From Monocercomonoides exilis PA203 (taxonomy: Eukaryota > Protista > Preaxostyla), in NCBI GenBank assembly GCA_001643675.2, contig LSRY02000001.1, forward strand, positions 62,001-126,000: a stretch of DNA of 64,000 bases. Reading direction: 5' to 3'. This document shows positions 14,301 through 25,400 of the stretch, one piece after another. The notes under the pieces were generated by a model, which was not told where the DNA came from, searched no databases, and was given only the letters and a program-made list of their open reading frames with translations. Made by a program: the position numbers and the translations under genes. Numbering within the stretch: position 1 is the stretch's first letter; each line of letters begins with the position of its first letter.

Positions 14301-14418
14301 CCTCACAGCTTCCGATGCCCTCTATTGTTACTGCCCCTTGCACCTCAACTGCTCCTCCGATCAATCTGCCTCCTATTCCGCAACAACCTTCACCGAAGAT
14401 CCCGCTGCCCCCTCCTGA
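5373..14418 (+). CDS. Giant (~3000 aa) single-pass receptor-like protein: beta-helix/Cys-module ectodomain, TM helix, pseudokinase tail; two frameshifts in this sequence
   Basis: ORFs 5373-9362, 9278-13999 and 13996-14418 join by 1-nt frameshifts at ~9281 (restores a GD..CG....PC module) and 13985-13989 (A5 versus A6 in the intact paralogue). GG(G/A)(I/L/V) and FxxN repeats. TM is YWLLIVIVLVAILFIVLIGFIIFVV. Tail is RWKAPE..SIGMMLWE..CLSQNPDARP. May be a pseudogene or carry sequencing errors. Confidence 0.85.
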
Positions 14419-15520
14419 TCCTTCTCCGAGCAGCTGAACATGCCCTGTCTTTTTCCATCCAGCTCTCCCCCAGCCCTTCCACATCCCGATGACTGGCTTG
14501 GAAGCTAGCAAGCGAAAAAGTCACATCTGCAGCTCAAATAAAGCGGAAATGACGCAGGCAAGATAGATGCTCACAAATGACGATAGCGCAGACTGCATCT
14601 CATTCTGTGCCTCTTGTCAAACGTAACAGTTGTTTTATTAATTTATTAATTGTTTGTCTTTTTTTTGGGAATACTTCCATATGTTTTCTGTTATCTGTTT
14701 TCCGTTTTCATTTTGCCAGCTCCGATTTTGTTGTTATTATGAGGACCAGGCTCGCCAAGCTGCGGCCGTGTAGCTTTTTGCATCCTTCCATTTTGTGTTT
14801 GTTTGTTTGTTTGTTTTGTACTCGCTTTGTATTCGGCGTTTTTCTTCATTCACAGATGTTGTGGTTTTCAAGCCATTTTCATCCCCATTTCATTGTCCTG
14901 TTCCCACCCATGTGCGCTCTTCACATCACTTCCGTTGGCGCGCTCTCTCTCTCTCTAAAATAAACAAATCAGGGCATTTGCACTTCTAGATGGGAAAAAC
15001 TCACAAACAGGTGCCAAAAAGAAAAAAGCAAAAATTGCGTTTCTGTCACAATTCTCTGTCTTTCTGAGAAAAAGAAAAGCAAACGAATAAAATGCGAATT
15101 TTTCTATCAATAAAAACGATTGAGTGCACACCATTCTCTTCGGCCGAGAAAATGTCAAAGCGCTCGCTCAGCAAGAACACTCACTTTGTGTGCTTGCCCA
15201 GGAAGCAACACGAAAACGGAAACAGCACCAAACTCAATTTAGAAAGAGCCATGTTAGCCTTGCAACATAAAGAATAACAATATCACAAACAGATGCATCG
15301 GATGATTCACAAATGAAAAGAAAAGAAAAGAAAAAGCTTTAAAAAAATGAATGAATGAATGAATGAATGAATGAATGAAGAGGACAAAATCCAAATCACA
15401 CATCTAACCAACACTCAAAAAGCACAGATAACCCCACAGACATTTCAAAAACCGGTTTGATGGATAATTAGCAACAACAAAAAACAAAAAAGCAACTGTC
15501 ATAACAGAGCAAACCAGAAA
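12999..15520 (+). repeat. Left arm of a ~2.5 kb inverted repeat
   Basis: Reverse complement of 16927-19446. Near-identical from 12999 to ~15400 (identical ORF translations on opposite strands), diverged over the last ~120 bp. Confidence 0.95.
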
Positions 15521-16926
15521 AATCAATACACACATATTTGATAAATCAATAAAAAATAATTTTTGTTCTTCTGAAAATTCTCTTCAAAATGTTGAAATAT
15601 TGCTTGTTTATATGCTTCATGAAACCAGAAAGTGGAAATATCATTCTCACAAAAAAGTGTTAAAAAAAGTTTAAAATGAAAACAAACAGTTTCAGGCAAA
15701 ATGGACAATCAACGAAGCCTCTTCAAATGTAGTGCTTCATTCGGTTACATCTTTCTCGGATGAATTTCAATCTGCAAAATCAATATTATTTGGTGGGTTT
15801 ATTTCACAAAAATCTGTAGCAGAAGGAGCATCCACTGCGTTCATGTGAAAACATTCCATCACAAAGCATTTAATGCAAAATTATAGTTTTTTTGCACCAA
15901 TTATTTATTTTTCCAATTGGCTTTTTCCTCGTGAAAGATCGATTTTATCTGTTTCTCTTTTTTGCAACAAATTCGACAGATAAATTGACTTCACAGTTCT
16001 CCATTTTCCCCATATGGATTTTATAAGCAAAAACGATGTAATTGCTCAATTCCTCGTGGGTTTTGATTTGTAATTTAATCGATTTGAACGTATATCTTTC
16101 AACAAAGCTCATTTCATTTCTTCAATGAATAACTACTTTTTTGTCATTTTATTTGAACAACAAAATATGTACACTATTTATTGGCTCAACGTGAGTTAGT
16201 CGAAAGAATTTCTGGCTCAATCTCAAAATTCTTTTTTTGTTTTTTTGAATAAATGCTCCCATACTAAAAGCTGATTTTTAAGCAAATGAAAAAACAGCAA
16301 TATTCGAAGTGTCATTTGGAGATGCGCAACAAAAAATGAGAATCAATTGGTGAAAGCAAAAAGAAACAGGGAAAGGCGAAGAAAGCATGCTTTTGAAAAA
16401 CCAGAAAAGGAGGTGAAGCACATTATTGAAATTGAGCAATGGCTTGAAGCAAGCAGGACAAAACATTGGATAACGCTCCAATAAATGAAACAATTAGTAA
16501 TCGGAATAGCATCCAATGGAGTTATTCAAAAAATGAAGAACAAAGGGAAAAAGAAGAAAAACAAGGATGGATGAAAGAATGACTGAAAAGGCAAGACAAA
16601 AAGAAATTGAAAATTTTCCCAGTGATTTTCACACACCCTCATTAAATGTGTGAGTGCTTAAAGGAGAGCGGAAAAAGAAGTTGATTGAAGAAAACAAAGA
16701 AGAAATTTCAGAAGCAAAAAGGTGAAGCGGGAAAGGAAATGGAAGGAGCGACTGGAAATAAAGATACTACGAAAAGATAACTGAGTAGAATTAGATGGAA
16801 CCAAAAACAATATTGATTCACTTTTTAAGATTCAATTTGCATATTATTAATTCATTTTGCAAACAAGGAGCGAAAAGAAAAGGATTTATACGCAATAAAG
16901 ACATTAATAACGACTAATTATTTGTA

Positions 16927-19446
16927 TTTTCTGGTTTGTTCTGTCGTAGCAATTGGTTGTTTGTTTTTTGTTGTTGATTGTTTGATTTGTTTGTTTTTGA
17001 AATGTCAGTGGGAGTATTTGTGCTTTTTGAGTGTTGGCCAGACGTGTGATTTGGATTTTGTCCTCTTCATTCATTCATTCATTCATTCATCCATTCATTT
17101 TTTTAAAGCTTTTTCTTTTCTTTTCTTTTCATTTGTGAATCATCCGATGCATCTGTTTGTGATATTGTTATTCTTTATGTTGCAAGGCTAACATGGCTCT
17201 TTCTAAATTGAGTTTGGTGCTGTTTCCGTTTTCGTGTTGCTTCCTGGGCAAGCACACAAAGTGAGTGTTCTTGCTGAGCGAGCGCTTTGACATTTTCTCG
17301 GCCGAAGAGAATGGTGTGCACTCAATCGTTTTTATTGATAGAAAAATTCGCATTTTATTCGTTTGCTTTTCTTTTTCTCAGAAAGACAGAGAATTGTGAC
17401 AGAAACGCAATTTTTGCTTTTTTCTTTTTGGCACCTGTTTGTGAGTTTTTCCCATCTAGAAGTGCAAATGCCCTGATTTGTTTATTTTAGAGAGAGAGAG
17501 AGCGCGCCAACGGAAGTGATGTGAAGAGCGCACATGGGTGGGAACAGGACAATGAAATGGGGATGAAAATGGCTTGAAAACCACAACATCTGTGAATGAA
17601 GAAAAACGCCGAATACAAAGCGAGTACAAAACAAACAAACAAACAAACACAAAATGGAAGGATGCAAAAAGCTACACGGCCGCAGCTTGGCGAGCCTGGT
17701 CCTCATAATAACAACAAAATCGGAGCTGGCAAAATGAAAACGGAAAACAGATAACAGAAAACATATGGAAGTATTCCCAAAAAAAGACAAACAATTAATA
17801 AATTAATAAAACAACTGTTACGTTTGACAAGAGGCACAGAATGAGATGCAGTCTGCGCTATCGTCATTTGTGAGCATCTATCTTGCCTGCGTCATTTCCG
17901 CTTTATTTGAGCTGCAGATGTGACTTTTTCGCTTGCTAGCTTCCAAGCCAGTCATCGGGATGTGGAAGGGCTGGGGGAGAGCTGGATGGAAAAAGACAGG
18001 GCATGTTCAGCTGCTCGGAGAAGGATCAGGAGGGGGCAGCGGGATCTTCGGTGAAGGTTGTTGCGGAATAGGAGGCAGATTGATCGGAGGAGCAGTTGAG
18101 GTGCAAGGGGCAGTAACAATAGAGGGCATCGGAAGCTGTGAGGCTGGGAGCGCCACCGGGAAAGTGCTGGATGAACTGGCGCTGGAGCTGGGCAGGGCTG
18201 GGGCGGGCATCTGGATTTTGGGAAAGGCAGGCGTTGATGGTTTGGGCGAAGGCGGAGCAGCCTGCCGCGCCCAGATCTGGCTTTTCGCCATTTGCTATCT
18301 TCTGGCCGGCAGTCTCGGCCTCGTACTCGCCAAACGGGATCTGGAGCGTCACACACTCCCACAGCATCATCCCGATGGAGAATGCCACGGACTTCTGTGT
18401 TGCCCCCATCTTCTTGTTGATCAGGAGCTCAGGCGCCTTCCACCTCAAACACTCTTTTTTGAAGCTATCTTCTTCCTCAAATGCAGATGAGGGCAGAGAG
18501 TCTCTATCGTTTCTGCCATCATCATCATCATCGCTTGCAGATGTGACAACGGTTGAAGAAGAGATGGAGGATGTGTCGGAGTCTTCAGAAGAGAAATCTG
18601 AATGGAGGGCGATGCAGATGACCATGTGCTCGGAGAACAGCACGATGTGGGGGCTGAGGTTTGGCAGAGAGGGAAGATCGTCCTCCCCGTCTTCGAAGGA
18701 GAAGAGTGCGCCGCCAGCCACCCAGAACAGGATTTGAGCAGCTGTTTGCTCTCTTTCCTTCAAGCTCCCAATGGCCATCTCTTTCTTCTCATTCTTTCCG
18801 TGCAGCAGCATGAACAGCGAATCCCTCAGATCCACAATCAGCTTCTCATGAGGAGACGAGCATGCCATTGCATCCACGAGATTCGACATCGATGAGGTGG
18901 TTGGACACAATTCCTCCCTTCGAACAAATGTTGAATCTGAGTCTGTTGTTGAAGTGGATGAAATGGATGGTGAAGGTGATCTCTTTCGAATCTCTTCTTC
19001 TTCAACCTTTTCCAATGCCCAATCTGGGATCTTGTCTGAATCTTTCCCCAGAATGTATTCAGTGGAACCACTCTCAGAAAGAAGATGCTCAGATGACTCT
19101 GAGTGTCCCAAGCTTTTCTCATACACCCTCTTCTTGAACCTCTCTTCATTCTTCTTCTCAGCCTCCCTCTCTGCCCTCCTCCACTGCTCCTCGGGAGACA
19201 TCTCCATCGTCACCATCTCGAATGCCTTCGGATCCTTTTTGATGTTGTCATTCACAATCTCTTCCAGTTCTTCAGTTCTTCTCTTTTGCTTTCTCCATCG
19301 AACAACAAAAATAATAAAGCCAATTAACACGATAAATAATATCGCAACAAGCACAATCACAATCAACAACCAATAAGATTTTTCTTCTTTTCCCTCTTCA
19401 ACAAGTTTTTCATCTCCATTTGCCTGACTTTCACTTTTGTTCTTCA
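16927..19446 (-). repeat. Right arm of a ~2.5 kb inverted repeat
   Basis: Reverse complement of 12999-15520. Starts at codons KNKSESQANG of the 18026-26056 gene. Confidence 0.95.
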
Positions 19447-22400
19447 CAACAATGGCATCGGTGAAAGAAGGACTGGAGGGGTTGCCGAACTGCAGCGCAA
19501 CCAACACATCTGCCTTGTCAGATGCATCAGCTATTGCATTTGCTGGGATGGTGCTGGCGATCTCGTTCTCGCTCACATAATCGTCATGAGAGAAGAGGCC
19601 TTTCTCCACAGCGTGTTGATCGCCGAGGAGGAAGAAGAGGGCGTATGAGAGGTTGCAAGGGAGAAGGAGGGAGCCGTTGCAGCGGATCTGGATGTGGGTG
19701 TTGTTGTGATGGGTGATGGCAGCGCTGGTGAGTGTGGGGATGAAGAACGAGGATGCTCTTTGAGCAGGGATGCCGTGGAGCGAGCATGCGGTTGTGTGGA
19801 TCCAGAGGGAAGTGTTTGGAAGGAGGCCGTCTCCGCCGGCGATGCTTGTGAGATGGAGGGCGGAGGCATTTGAGCAGATGATGTTGCGGCGGGCAGACTG
19901 GTAGTTGGGGATGGATGGGGTGTTGTTTGCGAAGAGGATCTTGCGTATGTGCGCAGACGCGGCAGAAAGAGAGAGGGCGCCCTGAGGCGCAGCGGTGAAT
20001 GCAGCGTCTGTGATTGCGACTGATGAGTCGGCGAAATGGACAAGAGACCCGTTCCATGTGCACACGTTGTCTGCAACTTCTCTGGCTGTGTTGGCTGTGT
20101 TGGATGTGCTGGATGTGCATGAGGCAGCGGTACCTGTGCCTTGGAAGATGCATGCTTCGATCTGGATGTTTGCACAATTAGCAAAGCGCTCCATCGTTCC
20201 TGTTGCAGATGCAGATGCGAATGTGGGTGTGGAAGTGGAAGAGGAAGTGGAAGTGAAGTTGGTGAAAGAGCAGTTGTGCTGGAGGATGGTTCCTGTGCAC
20301 GAAGTGCAGTCAATGCCGCATCTCTTGGTTGTTGCATGGGCAACAGCCACCCCGACCAGCTTCAGCAGAGAGGCAGGTTCATCTGGAGAAGGCTGGGTGC
20401 CTGGGGTTTGGGGGCAGCCGCACGTGATGAATGCATTATCTGCTGTGGAGTTGTGTATGGCGAGATCTCTGATTTCGATGGTGGTGCTTGGCTCGATGGC
20501 AAGCGCGGCGTTGCTGGTGGCAGTGCTGCTGATGTTTGTTTCTGTGCACACTGCAACAGCTGAGCTGCAGAAGAGGAGGAGATTGCGAGTTGTGGCGATT
20601 GAATGGAGGGAGGCTTTCCTCATCTCGAACACCCCGCTTGCCACAGAGATGAGTGTGGAGTTGAGGAGAGCTTCAGTTCCGGCAGATGTGAATGTGCATG
20701 AAACGACGAGCAAGCTGCCGTTGAGCTGGCGAAAGACAGAGTCGAGCTCGGACGCGAAGCCGGAGCTAATGGAGAAGTGGCAGCTGTCGAGCGAGCAATC
20801 GTTTGCAAAAGCGACGACAGCGTGGTGGGTTTGCTCGATTGCGATTGGAGTCTGGAGATGGACCAGGCAGATCAGCTTTGTTGCTGAGCGGAGGGTGAGG
20901 TCGGCGAGTGTTGTCTGGCGGGCGAAGGCAGAATCGGTGTGGACAACGACCATGTTCCAAGTGCCGCTGTCGATGTGGCGGATGCTGTTGTCGATGGTTC
21001 TGCACATGTTTGAGGTGGAGCCGCACTGGCGCGAGTCAGTTCCGAGGAGGCAGGCGTGGATCTGGCCGGCCTTGAAGAAGGTGATGAGCGGGATGAGATC
21101 GAGAAGGGTGCTGTCGGTGAATGTGGAGCCGCAGATGGAGTTGTTTGTCTGGAGAGAGGGCTGGGTGAAGTCGAGTGTGAATTGGGTTTCGTTGATCTGT
21201 GTGGCGACGTGGTCGGACCGGATGAAGATGTCTTTGCCGGCAAAGGCGTCGTTCAAGATGAAGCGGTCGTTGAGGATGCGGAGCGGGATGGGGTGGAGGA
21301 GGTCATCAGGAGCTGGGGGTGAAGATTGAGAATAAGATTGAGAATGGGATTGGGGCTGGGTGCAGTCGATCATGAGAGCACCGCCTTTGCCCTTTGTGCG
21401 CGAGCACACACACTGAGTGAGCACACACGAAGCCACTTTCAGAGAGGATTCGGTGGAGCTGAGGCACACACGCACCGCGCCTCCTTCGTCGATGGTTTCT
21501 CCCACGCAGTTTGTGCAGAAGCAGGAGTCGAGCACACAGTCGATGCTCTGATACGAAGGGAGGGCAAAGACAGTTGAGTGATTGGCGCGGGCAGTGATGT
21601 TTGTGAAGTTGGAGTCTGCGATTGTGAAGGTCAACTGGCTGTTTGTGGGGCTGTATGTCTGCTTGGATGCGTCTTCAGCGGGTGCAGCGACCTCGATTAT
21701 CCCTGCTGGCGAGGCATCCACCATGCAGGCGGACAAGTTCTGCACAGCTGCTTGGGATGCGGTTGCAGCGACAAGGAAAAAGGGATGGGCGAGAGTGATT
21801 GCAGAGACGCAGCAGTTGGCGATGTCGGCTGATCCGGCAAGCACAGACACAACAGCATAGCTGGTTGGAGAGGAAGGGGCTGTGGATGCAAAGGAGCAGG
21901 CAGAGAGGGAGAGGCGGGCAGATGATGTGGCGGTTTGGAGAAAAGAGAGGATGCTGTGAAGCGAGGGTGGAAGAGAGAAGGAGAGGTTGGCGAGGCGGAG
22001 GAGGATGGAGGAGGCGAGGAAGGCTTTGTTGCTGCCTTGAAGGGCTGGCTCGTGCACTGCGACTGGTGTGCCATGGAGGTTGCCATTTATTAGGAGTTGT
22101 GGATTGTGGTGTGTAGCAGAAGGCTGGAGGTGGAGGAGGATGGAGAAGGTGGTGCTGTGTGTGACTGTGATTGTGGAGGCAGAGGATGGAAGGTCGGGGA
22201 CAAACCGGAGCTGGAGAGCCTTGTCGATGGATCTGCAAGGTGCGACGTCAAAGCCGCAAGCGCTGAAGTCCCATCCATCTGTGCCGTCGACATAGGCATG
22301 GGCAGAGAAGTTGGTCCAGAGGTACACAACGAGCGGCACAGCATAGTGCTCGCCGCATGTTGCTCTTTCCCAGCCGTTGAGCTGGTGCAGCGACTGGAAG

Positions 22401-25400
22401 GCTGGCCCGTCCATGTCCCATTTCAGGTGGAGCGTGTCGGCCACGCTGTCCAGCATCTGTCCGGCAACAAACAGGCTTTTCCCTCTCCAGGCGCGGCACT
22501 CGTCGAAGGTCATGTTTTGGAGCACAAAATCCATCGAGCCTTCGCCTCCCTCGATGAACATTCCACCCCCAAGCCCTCTTTCTTCGGTGTCCTCGTTTTC
22601 TGCATCGACTTCTTCATCGGCCTCAGTCTCAGCATCGGAATTGGTATCTGCCTCGGGCGCGGAGCTCAATGCTGAACACTGTGTGAATGTGACTCCAGTC
22701 ATGGTGAGCTTCCTGCCGTTCTCCACAGATGCATACAGACCGCCGCCTTTGAGGGTGTGTGCGCGGATGCAGCAGGATGATATGGTGCAATTGGACAGGT
22801 GCATTGTTGTGCCTTGCTGGGTGTGCTTTTCCGCGATCAGGCACCCGCCGTCTCCATTTGCCCGTCTCGGCCGTGCTATTATGGTGCTGTTGATGGTGAT
22901 GCTGTGTGCGCCCGATATCAGGATCGGGGTGAAGGTGCTGAACTCGGCGTGTGTGCTGATTTGTGTGTTGGTGATGGTTGCGCTTCCCGATGCAAGGCGC
23001 ATGATGTAGAAGATGACTGGGTGGGATGGAGCACTGTGAAAGTCTATGCAGCAATGGTCGAGCGTGAAGGCTGCAAGCGAGTGGATGAAGCCGTGTCGGC
23101 CGGTGCTCATGGCAGTGGGGAGCAAAAAGCAGATGCTGGATGCGCTCATCTCAGCGGAAGCAGTGACAATGGCTTTGTTTGAGCACTGGCCTGCATCATG
23201 CACGTGCACAGCCTGGAGATGTGCTGTTGCAGAGGAGAGCAGGAAGGGGAGTGTTTCGATTGTGATCTCGGAAGCGAGCGTGGAGTTTGCAGCAAGAAGA
23301 ATGGTGGTGGATGCAGAGGTGATTCTGTTGGATGCTGCGAAGTGGACGGTCTCGCAGGCAAACACAGATGGGCCGCAGTGCAAATGATCTGTCCCGGCGA
23401 GTCCGTCGACATAGATGTTGTTGTCGTGGTGGCAGAGATATATCTCGAGCGGGATGGCAGGCTGGTCTGCACCGTCCTCAGAGCCGCTGAGTCTGGATGG
23501 ATCGGCAAAGCAATGGGTGTGGTCGACAAACTGAAGTGTGGTTGTGTTCACGATATCACTCAGCATCACTCTGCTTGTGCATCTGAGAAAGAGGTCTCTT
23601 CCAACCGCTGCTCTGTTTGGTGTGGAATTGGAGAAGCACACGCCGCTGCTTATCTGGAGGAGTGCTTTGGCGTTGTCGATATGCACCATCATCCCTCCGC
23701 CCTTTCCGCCCTTTCCACCCGTTCCTCCCGTTCCCTCTGTATCGGGCACACAGCAATCAGCGAAAGCAGCCGAGCCGTTCACAACCATCTCAGCGTCCTC
23801 GTCTGTCAGGTGCACACACACCCCTCCGCCGCACGAGCCATCCTGGCAGGCGGTGCAGCTGGAGAAAGATCCACCAGTGATGCACACTTGCGATCCAGCG
23901 ATGAGGGAGCATTCGAGGCCGCTTCCGCTTCCGCTTTGCCGGGTGATGGCTGTCAGGTTTGTGGAAGTGAGTGTGACGCTCAGTGCAGCCTCGGCATTCA
24001 CAGTCAGGGCAGCCACAGATGAAAGGCACATAGGGCCAATTTCCGCCGAATCGAACAGCACATGCCCTGCAGCCACAGTTATGATGGATGCAGCGAATGG
24101 TGCATCGGGCAGTGTTTCTGCTGCAGTGATTGTGCAGTGGGCGACTTCGAGGCATCCCTGCATGTCTGTCAGGTGGAACAGGTGGGAGTGCAGCGAGGCG
24201 CTTGCATTCCTGCGGAATGCGAGGGAGCTGAAAGTGGCACTGCCAGTTGTGATTTGCACGAGGGCTGTGCTGTCTGTGGCGTCAGCACTCAGCACTGTTT
24301 TGTCAGCGCCAGCGCCGCTGAAGGATATGGTGAGTGTGCACACATCGATCCTTGTTTCGTGGCACACACACTCCTCGACTGCAACAGCCTTTGTTTGGAG
24401 CAGCGGGTTGGCCACGCCCACTGCATATCCCACGGTTCTGCATCTTCTGCCTTGGATGTCTCCTGCATCAGCCGATCCGCATGCTTGGTGGTCGATGCCG
24501 CTGAAACTGTTGACGAGGATGGGATCGAAGAAAGTGTTTGGAATCCAGGAGCTGCATTCTTGCATCCCCTTCACAACCCTGTTTGTGGAGCCAGCTGTTG
24601 CGGAGCGGCAGAGCACAAAGCACTCATCATTGATGTTTGTCCAACCGCTGTCGATATACACATCGTGACCCATTTTTGCAGCAGAATTGTTTTCAAAGAA
24701 GCAGAAGCTCACTTTGGAAACATATGCGTTGCTTGAATTGTCCCAACAAATTCCTCCTCCATGTTTCTCACTCGAACAGTTTCTGAAACAACAATCAGTC
24801 ATGTTAACTCTTCCATTGTCATATAATCCAAAACATCCTCCTTGATAATCTTGTGTTTTCTTTTTGCAACTCTCAAAAATGCATGAATCTGTCAACCCAG
24901 TATTTTCACAGTCATATGTTATCATTCCGCTTCCAACATGTCCAGTCGTACAATTTGTTGTGACAGTATTCCTGATCAAAAATGAATTTAGAGTGGACAT
25001 ATCAATTGCTCCTCCCGAATGAATTGCATTGCAGCTATTGAAAAAAGTATGTGTTGAAATCAAATTTTTTCCTCCATTGTTCAAGGAAATAGCACCTCCA
25101 CGAGATGAAGAATTGCAGTTATTGAACATGCAATGTGAGATACTCAGTACTCCCGAAGACGTGAAGTGAATGGCTCCACCAGGTGAACCTGTCAATGAAG
25201 AAAAGTGGCAATCAACGAACGTTGCATCACCTGTTGAAATGTTCTGTCTTAACATTGAATGATTGCCAACCACTGGCTGGGCATTATGGTGTCTGTGGCA
25301 GTTCTCAAAGGAAGTGTTTGCTGATGAGTGAGTGAAAGATTTGGAGTTCAGTGCATGGAACAAGCCTCCGTTGTATGGGGATTCGACACATTTCACGGTG

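Noticed and set aside
15521-16926. Recombinase or invertible promoter in the spacer
   Set aside because: No credible ORF, and the spacer lies 3' of both genes, so inversion would not switch promoters.
14577-17790. Small duplicated ORFs in the repeat arms (14955-15158/17287-17490, 15092-15277/17168-17353)
   Set aside because: Their identity just reflects the DNA duplication, and an indel breaks one pair. Probably 3' flank.
1-19446. Diversity-generating retroelement (RT near a repeat pair)
   Set aside because: The RT is DIRS-type and dead. The repeat arms are 2.5 kb, inverted and lack a pattern of adenine-specific mismatches.
8285-24736. Long antisense ORFs (8285-9271, 9316-11040, 19995-21329, 23538-24668)
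   Set aside because: These are shadows of the skewed receptor genes with no independent motifs.
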